This document shows positions 31,594-40,700 of a stretch of DNA of 64,000 nt, piece after piece. Within the stretch, counting starts at the first letter, position 1. Each line of letters starts with the position of its first letter. The stretch is from assembly GCA_965198005.1 (NCBI GenBank), contig CBDAOI010000004.1:2048214-2112213 (forward strand). Reading direction: 5' to 3'. This DNA comes from Spirochaetia bacterium. GTDB lineage: Bacteria; Spirochaetota; Spirochaetia; SZUA-6; Bin103. The notes beneath the pieces were generated by a model. It had not been told where the DNA came from. It did no database searches and saw nothing but the letters and a program-made list of their open reading frames with translations. A program made the translations under genes and the position numbers.

Positions 31594-32133
31594 GTGTCTG
31601 TCGTACTGGGCATCGATCCGGGCTTGGCCGCTACCGGCTACGGGGTGCTGGCCGTGGCCGGCAACCGTGCGCGCCATCTCGGCGACGGCGTGATCCGTAC
31701 CGCGGCCGGCGCCGACTACGGCAGCCGGCTGGTGGCGCTGCACGACCACCTGCACCGGGTGGTGGAGCAGTTCCGGCCGGACGCGGCCGCGCTGGAGCAG
31801 ATGTTCTTTTCGCGCAACGTGCGCACGGCGTTCCCGGTGGCGCAGGCGCGGGGCGTGGCGATCCTGGTGCTCGCCCAGCGCGGCATTCCGTATAGTGAGT
31901 ACTCGCCCGGCGCGGTCAAGCAGGCTCTGGCGGGGCACAGCCGGGCCGACAAGAGCCAGATGGTGAATGCCGTCCGCCTGGTGCTCGGGTTTGACGAGCA
32001 TCCGATCAGCGACCACGGCGCCGACGCCCTGGCGGTGGCGCTGTGCCACGTGCAGCACGCGCCGGTGCGGGCGGCGCTGGCGCGGGCGGCGCTGGCGCGG
32101 GCCGCGCGCACGCCCGCCGGGACCGAGGCTTAG
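31594..32133 (+). CDS. ruvC: Holliday junction resolvase RuvC
   Basis: VLGIDPGLAATGYG, ALEQMFF, QARGV, VKQALAGHSRADKSQM, DHGADALAVALCH. Confidence 0.96.
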   Translation: MSVVLGIDPGLAATGYGVLAVAGNRARHLGDGVIRTAAGADYGSRLVALHDHLHRVVEQFRPDAAALEQMFFSRNVRTAFPVAQARGVAILVLAQRGIPYSEYSPGAVKQALAGHSRADKSQMVNAVRLVLGFDEHPISDHGADALAVALCHVQHAPVRAALARAALARAARTPAGTEA

Positions 32134-32136
32134 GCC

Positions 32137-32769
32137 ATGTGGAACAGCATCGCCGGCCGCCTGACCCATGCCGGGGTCGAGGTGGCCCACCTGCAGGTCG
32201 GCGGCCTGGAATGGGAGATCCACACCTCGGTGCGCAGCATCGCGGCCCTGCCGGCGCCCGGCAGCGAGGTGAAGCTGTACACCTTCCTGCATCACCGCGA
32301 CGACCAGATGCGGCTGTACGGGTTCGTCACCGCGGCGGAGCGCAACCTGTTCCTGGACCTGTTGCGGGTGGACGGGGTCGGGCCGCGGCTGGTGGTGCGC
32401 ATCCTGTCGGGGATCGACGCGGCGGAGCTGGTGCAGGCGCTGGAGACCAGCGACCTGGAGCGGCTCATCCGGATTCCGGGGCTGGGCAAGAGGACGGCGC
32501 AGAAGATGGTGCTCGCATTGCAGGGTAAGTTGACGCTGGCCCCGGCGCCGCCGGGCGCCGCCGAGCCGGCGCTGGAGAACGACATTACCGCGGCGCTGGT
32601 CAACCTGGGATTCGGCCAGCGGGAGGCGCGCGCCGCGGTGCGCGCGGCGCTCCGGGAGAGTGCCGGCAGCGGCGCTGCCGCCGGCGCCGCGCGCGAGCAG
32701 GAGATCCTGCGCGCCGCCATCGCGCGCCTCAGCGCGCTCACCGGTGAGCGCGCCGGCAGCGGCCGATGA
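32137..32769 (+). CDS. ruvA: Holliday junction branch migration protein RuvA
   Basis: LYTFLHHRDDQMRLYGF, LLRVDGVGPR, IPGLGKRTAQKMVLAL. Confidence 0.96.
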   Translation: MWNSIAGRLTHAGVEVAHLQVGGLEWEIHTSVRSIAALPAPGSEVKLYTFLHHRDDQMRLYGFVTAAERNLFLDLLRVDGVGPRLVVRILSGIDAAELVQALETSDLERLIRIPGLGKRTAQKMVLALQGKLTLAPAPPGAAEPALENDITAALVNLGFGQREARAAVRAALRESAGSGAAAGAAREQEILRAAIARLSALTGERAGSGR

Positions 32770-33794
32770 GCGACCGGCCCGTAACCGGCTCCTACGTGCC
32801 GGGCGAGGACGGCGACGAGAGCAGCCTGCGCCCGAAGCTGCTGCGCGACTTCGTCGGCCAGCCCCGGCTGCGCGAAAACCTGGCGGTGTTCGTCGCCGCC
32901 GCGCGCGGCCGGTCCGAGAGCCTGGATCACGTGTTCTTCAGCGGCCCGCCCGGACTCGGCAAGACCACCCTGGCGGCCATCATCGCGCACGAGATGGGGG
33001 CGGAGCTGACCTCGACGTCGGCCCCGGCGCTGGAGAAGGCCGGCGACCTGGTGGCGATTCTGACCAACATCGGGGCCTACAACGTGTTCTTCATCGACGA
33101 GATCCACCGCCTGCGGCCGCCGGTGGAAGAACTGCTGTACACGGCGATGGAGGACCGCGAGATCGACGTCGTCATCGGCCAGGGGCCGGGGGCGCGGACC
33201 ATCAAGATCCCGCTGCCGCCGTTCACGCTGGTGGGCGCCACCACCAAGACCGGGCTGGTGTCCGGCCCCCTGTACTCCCGCTTCGGGATTACCGCGCGGC
33301 TCGACTTCTACGGCCCCGAGGAGATCGCGGCCATCATCCGCCGGTCGGCGGCCATCCTGGAGGTGGAGATGGCCCCCGAGGTGGTGGCCCGGGTCGCGGG
33401 CTGCGCGCGCGGCACGCCGCGCGTGGCCAACCGGCTGGTGCGGCGGATGCGCGACTTCGCCCAGGTCTGGAACAACGGCGCGGTGTCGCCCGAGATCGTG
33501 CGGCGCGGTCTGGAGGCGCTCGAAATCGACCACTACGGGCTGGACAAGGTGGACCGCATGATCCTCGACACCATCATCACCAAGTACGACGGCGGCCCGG
33601 TGGGCTCGGAAACGCTGGCGATCTCGATCAGTGAAGCGGTCGACACCCTGGAGGACATCTACGAGCCCTACCTGATTCAGCGCGGGTTTCTGAAACGGAC
33701 CGCGCGCGGGCGCGTGGTGACCCCGTTGGCCTACGAGCACCTGGGCAGGCGGCCGGATCAGGAAGGCGATGCAGACCAGCAGGTTATGTTTTGA
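32766..33794 (+). CDS. ruvB: Holliday junction helicase RuvB
   Basis: LRPKLLRDFVGQ, GPPGLGKTTLA, FIDEIHRL, RGTPRVANRL, EPYLIQRGFLKRTARGR. Confidence 0.98.
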   Translation: MSDRPVTGSYVPGEDGDESSLRPKLLRDFVGQPRLRENLAVFVAAARGRSESLDHVFFSGPPGLGKTTLAAIIAHEMGAELTSTSAPALEKAGDLVAILTNIGAYNVFFIDEIHRLRPPVEELLYTAMEDREIDVVIGQGPGARTIKIPLPPFTLVGATTKTGLVSGPLYSRFGITARLDFYGPEEIAAIIRRSAAILEVEMAPEVVARVAGCARGTPRVANRLVRRMRDFAQVWNNGAVSPEIVRRGLEALEIDHYGLDKVDRMILDTIITKYDGGPVGSETLAISISEAVDTLEDIYEPYLIQRGFLKRTARGRVVTPLAYEHLGRRPDQEGDADQQVMF

Positions 33795-34788
33795 GCTGCC
33801 GCCCGAGCTGATCGCGCAGCGGCCGGCGGCGCGCCGCGACCGGGCGCGCCTGATGGTGGTGGAACGGCGCGGCGGGCTGCGCCACACCCGGATCGACCGG
33901 CTGCCCGCCCTGGTGCCGCCGGGCGCGGTGCTGGTGCTGAACGACACGCGCGTGCTGCACGCCCGGCTCACCGGACGGCTTGAGCGCGGGCGCGCGGTGC
34001 GGTTGCTGCTGCTGGAACCGCTGCCGGACGGCGCCGGCTGGCGCGCACTGGCCCGCGCCGCGCGCCGCCTGCACCCCGGCACGCGCATCCTGCTGCCCGG
34101 CGGCGTGACCGCCACGGTCGGCGCGGGCGACGGACACGAGGGCATCGTCCTGGCCTGCACCCCGGCGCTCGACCCCGCCTATCTGCAGCGCCACGGCACG
34201 GTCCCGCTGCCGCCCTACGTCAAGCGCGCCGCCGACCGGGCCGATGCCGAGCGCTACCAGACGGTGTACGCCCGGCAGGCGGGGTCCGCGGCCGCCCCCA
34301 CCGCCGGCCTGCACTTCACGGCCGCGCTGCTGGACCGACTGCGCGCGCGCGGCGTGACCGTGGCTACCGTCACTCTGCACGTCGGCCGCGGCACGTTCAC
34401 GCCGATTCGGACCGCCACCGTGGAGCAGCACGCGATGCACCGCGAACGGTACTCGATACCGCAGTCGACCGCGGCGGCGATCGCGCGCGCGCGCCGGGCG
34501 CGGCAGCCGGTGGTGGCGGTGGGCACCACGGTGGTGCGAACGCTGGAATCGGCCTGGAACGGCGCGGGAGTGCAACCCGGGCCGGCCGGCACCGACCTGT
34601 TCATCTACCCCGGATTCCGGTTTCGGGTGGTGGACCAGCTCCTGACCAACTTCCACACCCCCCGGTCGTCGCTGCTGGCGCTGGTCTGCGCGCTGGCGGG
34701 CGAGGAACGCATCCGCGACGCCTACGCGGTTGCCGTTCGCCGGCGCTACCGCTTGTTCTCGTACGGCGACGCCATGCTCATCCGTTGA
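33769..34788 (+). CDS. queA: SAM:tRNA ribosyltransferase-isomerase
   Basis: LPPELIAQRP, LNDTRVLHARL, PLPPYVKR, YQTVYA, GSAAAPTAGLHFT, LTNFHTPRSSL, FSYGDAMLI. Confidence 0.97.
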   Translation: MQTSRLCFELPPELIAQRPAARRDRARLMVVERRGGLRHTRIDRLPALVPPGAVLVLNDTRVLHARLTGRLERGRAVRLLLLEPLPDGAGWRALARAARRLHPGTRILLPGGVTATVGAGDGHEGIVLACTPALDPAYLQRHGTVPLPPYVKRAADRADAERYQTVYARQAGSAAAPTAGLHFTAALLDRLRARGVTVATVTLHVGRGTFTPIRTATVEQHAMHRERYSIPQSTAAAIARARRARQPVVAVGTTVVRTLESAWNGAGVQPGPAGTDLFIYPGFRFRVVDQLLTNFHTPRSSLLALVCALAGEERIRDAYAVAVRRRYRLFSYGDAMLIR

Positions 34789-34908
34789 CGGGCGGTCGGC
34801 CCGGCCGCAACCGCCGGCCCGCCGGGCGCTTGGACACGGCAGGCATGGCGCGGGTACCATTGTAATATGGAATCGGTGGCGAACCGAGACGGCGTCAGCG
34901 CGGCTCCG

Positions 34909-35538
34909 TCAGCCCGGCTCCAGGTGACGCCAGATGCGCGCGAACACCGCGCCGCGGTCGCCGGTGCCGTCGATGGTGTGGACCGCGACCCCGAGCCGGG
35001 CGAACTGTTCCAGCACCTCCGCGTAGCGCGCGCGCAGCCGGCGTTGGCGCGCCGGGTCGTCGAACAGCTCGAGCTGGCGGCGCGCGGCCAGGCGGCGTTG
35101 GCACAGTTCGGGCGGCGTGTCGACGTAGAACAGGTGGCGCGGCAGCGGAAACCGCTGGTTCAGGGCGGCAACGTAGTCGGGAGAGCACTCCAATGATTGA
35201 TAGACCAGACTGGAGAACAGATAGCGGTCGCTGGCCACGTAGTCGCCGGCGCGGAGCCGGGCAACGATCCCGCCGGGCTCCCGGTACAGGTGCTCGGTCC
35301 GGTCCGCCGCGAACAGCAGCGCGAGCGCGCACGCCGTCACCCGCAGGTCGCCCCGCAGCACGTCCCGGATCACCCGGCCGATCGGGCCGCCGGTGGGCTC
35401 GCAGGTAGCGCAACACTGGTCGCCGCGCCGGTCCAAGGCTGCCCGCAGCAACTCCAACTGGGTGGTGGTGCCCGCACCGTCGAGCCCCTCCAGCACGATG
35501 AATCGGTCGAGAATGGTGCCCTGCCAGTTCCGTGCCAC
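34909..35538 (-). CDS. tmk: Thymidylate kinase
   Basis: FIVLEGLDGAGTTTQ, TCEPTGG, LLFAADRTEH, SDRYLFSSLVYQ; GTG at 35538 inside the longer track ORF. Confidence 0.93.
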   Translation of the reverse strand: MARNWQGTILDRFIVLEGLDGAGTTTQLELLRAALDRRGDQCCATCEPTGGPIGRVIRDVLRGDLRVTACALALLFAADRTEHLYREPGGIVARLRAGDYVASDRYLFSSLVYQSLECSPDYVAALNQRFPLPRHLFYVDTPPELCQRRLAARRQLELFDDPARQRRLRARYAEVLEQFARLGVAVHTIDGTGDRGAVFARIWRHLEPG

Positions 35539-35562
35539 GACGCCGCCGGCGCAGTGTACACC

Positions 35563-36045
35563 ATGCCGCACACCAGCGCGCAGAGCGTAAGCCGCAGCGT
35601 CATGCTGCCGGTGCTGCCGGTACTGCCGGTACTGCCGGTACTGCTGCTGGTGCTGCTGGTGCCGGCCGGGACCGGCGCGGCCCAGTCGCCGCCGGCCCCG
35701 CCGGTCGAGCTGCAGATCCCCGACCTGACGGTGACCGCCGAGGACCCGCTCATTCTGCTGCCGCCCCTGCCGCCCCTGGGTCCCGCCGGCCCCCTGCCGC
35801 CGATCCTGGTGCCCGAGCTGGTCCTGGTTCCGGTGACGCTGGCCGAGCGCCCGGTGCGCGCCGCCGTGCCCGGTCCCATGCTCCCCGCCGCGCGCGCGGT
35901 GTTGCGGTCGGTGCTCGCTGCCGCGGGGCCGGCAACCGCCCGCGGCGCCTTCGATGAGGTTCGGCACCGGCTCATGACCCTGCAGCCGGTGCTCTACGCC
36001 TCCGCCGCAGGTCACGGCAACCGGTACCTTGCGAGCTCGCCATGA
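35563..36045 (+). CDS. Exported Pro-rich hypothetical protein with a TonB-box-like motif
   Basis: Signal-like N-terminus with (LPV)4 from a 9-bp tandem repeat, then ELQIPDLTVTAED and a Pro-rich segment. ATGA overlap with the exbB start. Confidence 0.5.
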   Translation: MPHTSAQSVSRSVMLPVLPVLPVLPVLLLVLLVPAGTGAAQSPPAPPVELQIPDLTVTAEDPLILLPPLPPLGPAGPLPPILVPELVLVPVTLAERPVRAAVPGPMLPAARAVLRSVLAAAGPATARGAFDEVRHRLMTLQPVLYASAAGHGNRYLASSP

Positions 36046-36647
36046 TCAGTCTGATCGCGCAGGGCGGGTTCCTGCTCATTCCGATCCTGCTGTTGTCGCT
36101 GATCGCGGTGTTCCTGATCGTCGAGCGCTCACTGTACTACTGGCAGGTACGCGAGCCGGAGCGGGACCTGGCCGCCACCGTGCTGGCCGCGCTGTCCCGC
36201 ACCTCGCCGGCGGAGCTGAACGCCCGGCTGGCGGGCAAGCGCTCGCCTGAAGCCCGCGTGCTGCGGGCCGCGCTGTCCGGCGGCGTGCACCGCGGGCCGC
36301 CCGCCCACCGCCGCGCGCTCGACACCATCGTGGTGCGGGAGATCACCGCGCTGGAGCGCAATGTCCCGTACCTGCAGAGCATCGCCAACATCGCCACCCT
36401 GCTGGGCCTGCTCGGCACCGTGCTCGGGATGATCGTGTCGTTCGTCAATATGCGCGCCGCCGGCAGCGCCGATCTGGCGGCGCTGTCGGGCGGCATCGCC
36501 CAGGCCCTGATCACCACCGCCGCCGGGCTCACCGTGGCCATCCCCAGCACCCTGTTCCATCACCTGTTCGCGCACCACCTCCACCGTTCGGTTGCCCGCC
36601 TCAACCTGGTGGTGAGCGAGCTCGCCGCCCACACCGGCCATGGCTGA
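36042..36647 (+). CDS. exbB: MotA/TolQ/ExbB proton channel protein
   Basis: Three TM segments; IATLLGLLGTVLGMI, GGIAQALITTAAGL. Confidence 0.9.
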   Translation: MISLIAQGGFLLIPILLLSLIAVFLIVERSLYYWQVREPERDLAATVLAALSRTSPAELNARLAGKRSPEARVLRAALSGGVHRGPPAHRRALDTIVVREITALERNVPYLQSIANIATLLGLLGTVLGMIVSFVNMRAAGSADLAALSGGIAQALITTAAGLTVAIPSTLFHHLFAHHLHRSVARLNLVVSELAAHTGHG

Positions 36648-37065
36648 CGAACCCCGGCGCTACCGCAGCGCACTGATCACCGGCGGCTCGCTGCCGCTGA
36701 CGCCGCTGATCGACGTGGTGTTCCTGATCGTGGTGTTCTTCATGATCAACGCGACCTTCGCCGTTCATTCCGTGATCCCCGTGGAGCTTCCCGGCGCCGA
36801 CGCGGGGGCGGTTGCCGGCGCCCGCGCGCTGGTCATCACCGTCGCCGCCGACGGCCGCATCTTCGTGGAGCACGCCGGCGCCACGAGCGCGGTCGCGCTG
36901 CCTGACCTGCGCGACCTGCTGCCCGGCGCGGACCACGGCCGGGTCGTCCTGCGCGGCGATGCGCGGGCGCCCTACGGCCGGCTGGTCGAGGTACTGGACG
37001 CCGTGCGCGCGGCCGGCGTCACCGACCTGGAACTGGTGACCGTGACCGCCCCCACCGGCTCGTGA
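36640..37065 (+). CDS. exbD: ExbD/TolR protein
   Basis: LTPLIDVVFLIVVFFMI, VLRGDARAPYGRLVEVLD. Confidence 0.92.
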   Translation: MADEPRRYRSALITGGSLPLTPLIDVVFLIVVFFMINATFAVHSVIPVELPGADAGAVAGARALVITVAADGRIFVEHAGATSAVALPDLRDLLPGADHGRVVLRGDARAPYGRLVEVLDAVRAAGVTDLELVTVTAPTGS

Positions 37066-37760
37066 CCGCAACCCGCCAGGCGCACGCGGCAATCGCCAGC
37101 GTCGCGCTCCACCTCATGGCGCTGGCCGCACTGGTGCTGGTGCGGCCGCCGGCAGCCGACCCGCCGCGGCCGCCGGTGCTGCGGCTGAACTTGACCGGCT
37201 TCGGCGCGGCCGCGGAGGCACCGCCCGCGCCCGCACCACGGTCTACCGAGACCCCCGCGCCGCCTGCTCCCGAACCGGCGGCTCCGCCCACGCCGCCGGC
37301 CGCCACCCCGAACTCCGCCGGCCAGCCCGCCCCGGCCGCGGGCGCCGCCGCGGAGTCGGTCGCGGAGCGGTTGCCGCCGGCCGCGGCGCCCGCGCATCCG
37401 GCCGGCAGCGCGGAGGTCTCCACCCCGCCCCGAAACCCGCCGGCCGCCGCGGCCGGCGCTCTGATAGAATGGCACGATGCCGAAGCACGGGCGGCGGTGC
37501 GCGCGTTCACGCTGGAGTATCCGGCGGTGCTGCGCGCCAACGGCCTGGAGGCGGACGTCGTCGCGGAGATGACGGTAGCCGCCGACGGCAGCGTGACCGC
37601 GGTCGAGATCCGGACCAGCTCCGGTTTCAGTACGGTTGACGCCGCGGTCCTGCAGGCGTTGCGCCGCCACCTGTTCGCGGCCGCGAACGGCGCCGCCACC
37701 GCTACGGTACGGGTAAACTTCCGCATGCGGCGATCGTTCTGGAGCGGACAATTTGAATAA
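37062..37760 (+). CDS. tonB: TonB energy transducer
   Basis: N-terminal anchor ASVALH, Pro/Ala-rich linker, C-terminal YPAVLRANGLE...VAADGSV...SSGFSTVDAAVL. Confidence 0.88.
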   Translation: MTATRQAHAAIASVALHLMALAALVLVRPPAADPPRPPVLRLNLTGFGAAAEAPPAPAPRSTETPAPPAPEPAAPPTPPAATPNSAGQPAPAAGAAAESVAERLPPAAAPAHPAGSAEVSTPPRNPPAAAAGALIEWHDAEARAAVRAFTLEYPAVLRANGLEADVVAEMTVAADGSVTAVEIRTSSGFSTVDAAVLQALRRHLFAAANGAATATVRVNFRMRRSFWSGQFE

Positions 37761-40700
37761 CGGCAACCGGCGCGGGCGGCCCTGGCGGCGCCGGCGCTGG
37801 CGCCCGTCGGTGGTCGAGCTGGCGCTCGTGGCGCTGCTGCTGGCGGGACTCGGCGCCGGGGCGCGCACGCTCGGCGCCTTTATCGAAGAGAGCATGGCGC
37901 AGTTGCGCGACGACACGATGGCCATGCTGAACGCCCGCATCGGGCGCCAGATCACGTACGGCCGCATTTCGCCGTCACTGCTGCGCGCGTTCGAGATTCG
38001 CGATCTCACGATCTTCAGCGCCAACCGTCCGGATGAGCCGCTGCTGTCGATCAATCGGATCCGTATCCGGTACAGCCTGACGCGGCTCATCCTCGCCCGC
38101 GACCCGGTCGCCGCGCTGCGCGAGATCCAGTTGTTGAACTCGGACTTCACGGTCAACCTGAACCGCGACCAGGAACTGCGTGAGTTTCTCGGCCAGCTCA
38201 GCTATCCGGTACGCGCGACGCCGGGCGCCGCGGAGCCCGCAGACGGGGCGGTCGACCTCTCCGGCGCCAACCTGGGCCTGGTCATCGAACAGGACGGGTA
38301 CCGGTTGATCGTGGAGCAACTGTTCTTCCGGGCGCGCGCCGGCGACCGGGTACGGATCACCGCCCGCGGCCGTCTGAGCGCGCGGCTGCCGGCCAGCGCG
38401 GCGATCGGCCCGCTGCTCGGCGGCCAGCTCGACGCTCAGGTCCAGGTCGATGGCCACGTCGCCAACGACCTGAGCGCAGCCGAGCTGAGCGTGCGGCTCG
38501 ACGATCTTGCGACCCCCGCGGTTTCCGTCAGCGCGCAGGAACTGCGATTTACGCTGCGCGACGAGGTGGTGCAGGTGGCCAGCGCGGAGCAGGGTGGCGC
38601 CCTGGAACTGGCGCTGACCCACGATCCGGGTACCGGCCGGACTGAGCTGCGCTACTCCTGCGTGGCCCTCCCGGTCGCCGATCTGGTCACGCTGCACGCG
38701 CCGCCGGCCGTGCTCGAGCCGTTGCTCGCCGCCGTGGTCACCGGTTCCGGGCGGGTGTGGACGGCGCCCGACTCGACCGGCGGCGTCCGCTACGAGGCCG
38801 ATCTCCAGGGCCGCATTCCGCGCGGCGCGAACAGCCCGCCGGGCACGGTCGCGGTGCGGGTCCACAGCGAACCGGACGGCGTCATTGTCGATCGCCTGGT
38901 GGTCGATACCGAGCGGGGAGGAATACGATTCACCGGCGATCTGCTGCACGACCGCTTTCTTCCCGACGGCACGCTGGAGCTGAGGGCGCTCGACCTGGGA
39001 CTCCCGCACCGCCTCGACGCGCGGATGACGATAACCCGCGACGGAGAGCGGTTGCTGCTGCACAGCGATTACGTCGCCATCGGCGCGACCACGGTCCCGG
39101 AACTCACCGTAGAGCTGCGACCGGCAACCGCCGAGTCGCTGGCCTACCACTATCGGCTCGCCGCGCGGGTGGCCCAGCCGGCCGCCAACGCCATCACCGC
39201 ACGCGGCCTGCTGAACCTGGCGGGCGGCCTGACCCTGTCCCTGGCGAGCACGGTCGAGGGCTTGTCCGCCGACCACGCGTACCGGCTGCTTACCCCCGAG
39301 AGCAACCGGGTGCCGTGGCTGGCGCGGGTTCTGCCGCGGCTCACGCTCGGGGCGGAGATCGATGCCACCACCGACTTTCGGACCATGCTGCTGCGGCGCG
39401 CGTCCGTGCACCTCGGCGACGCCGAACAACCGGACCACACGGTCACCTTCGGTCTGACCTCCACCGAGCGCGGGCTGCTGATCGACCGGATGACGGCGGA
39501 CTGGCGCGGGATCGCGCTGCGCGGCGGCGCCCGCCTGACCGCCGCTGGCAACGGCGTATGGGAACTGGACACCGACGGACTCACGGTAAACGGGGAGTCG
39601 TACGAATTGCACGGCCGGCTGCACCCCGCGGGGGTGAACCTCACCGGCAGCCACGAGCTGCGAGTGACCGCCACCGTCGACGCCGACGGCCTGCGGGTGC
39701 GCGGCGCCGCCACCCGCCTGCCGTTGCCGCTGCCGCGGCCCGCCCACGCCGCGGCACCGCGCGTGACGCTGGAATTCGAGGGACAGGTGGCGGACGACGA
39801 CTGGTCGCTGCGCAGCGACCGTATGGTGGTGACCGGAATCCCGTTGCAGATCCTGGCCGACGCCCGCCTGGAGCTGGGGTTCGAGGCGAATCCGCAGGAG
39901 CTGCGGCTGACCGGCATTACCTACCGCGACTCGATGACCGAACTGCAGGGTACCGGCTCCTTCAGATTCTCCGACGGCCTCGGCTCGCTCGCCGGAAGCG
40001 GCGCGCTGGCGCTGTCCGGGGCCCGCGAAAACTACAACCTCGCCCTGACCATGACCGGGGATGGCGTCGACCTCACCGTGCAGGGCAGCGGACTGCCGCT
40101 GGCGCGGCTTGGCGAACTTCCCGTGGACGGCACCCTGGGCGGGCGGGCGCGCATTACCGGATCGTTGCAGCAGCCGCGGGTGAGCGCGGAGCTGGACCTG
40201 GAAAACGGCCGCCTGAATGCCGATCCGGTGCGCTTGAACGCCCGCGTCGAATTGGTGGAGCAGGTGCTCACGGTACACGACCTGAATGCCGAACTGTACA
40301 GCCACCGGCTGCGCGGCGGGACCGGGGCGATCGATCTGAACCGGGGGACGCTCGCCTTCGGGGCCGACTACCGCGCGCACCACTTCGGCGACTCGGTTGC
40401 GGCCCGGCTGGTGCTCAGGTCGGACGATTTCATGCTGTCCCTCCCGGAATCGCTGGCGGATACGCCCCGCTTGGCGTTGGCCGACGTGGTGCATGCGGTA
40501 CTGCAGGCCGAGTCGCTGAGCGTGAACGGAGAACCGGTGCCGTCGTGGACGGTGCAATTCCGGCTCGAACAGGTGGTTGCCGGCCGCGAGCCCTCCGGCG
40601 CTGCCGCCGCCGCCGGATCCCGCCTGCGGTTCAACGGCGGCCCGGGCGGCGCGTTCTCGGGCCATCTGCAAACCGACGGCGGCTTCGCACTCGCGGTGCG

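Noticed and set aside
35480-35500. Tmk P-loop reads GAGTTT with no lysine, suggesting a dead enzyme
   Set aside because: All other TMK motifs are intact and the gene is in its conserved position; most likely a lineage variant, though I could not check an alignment.
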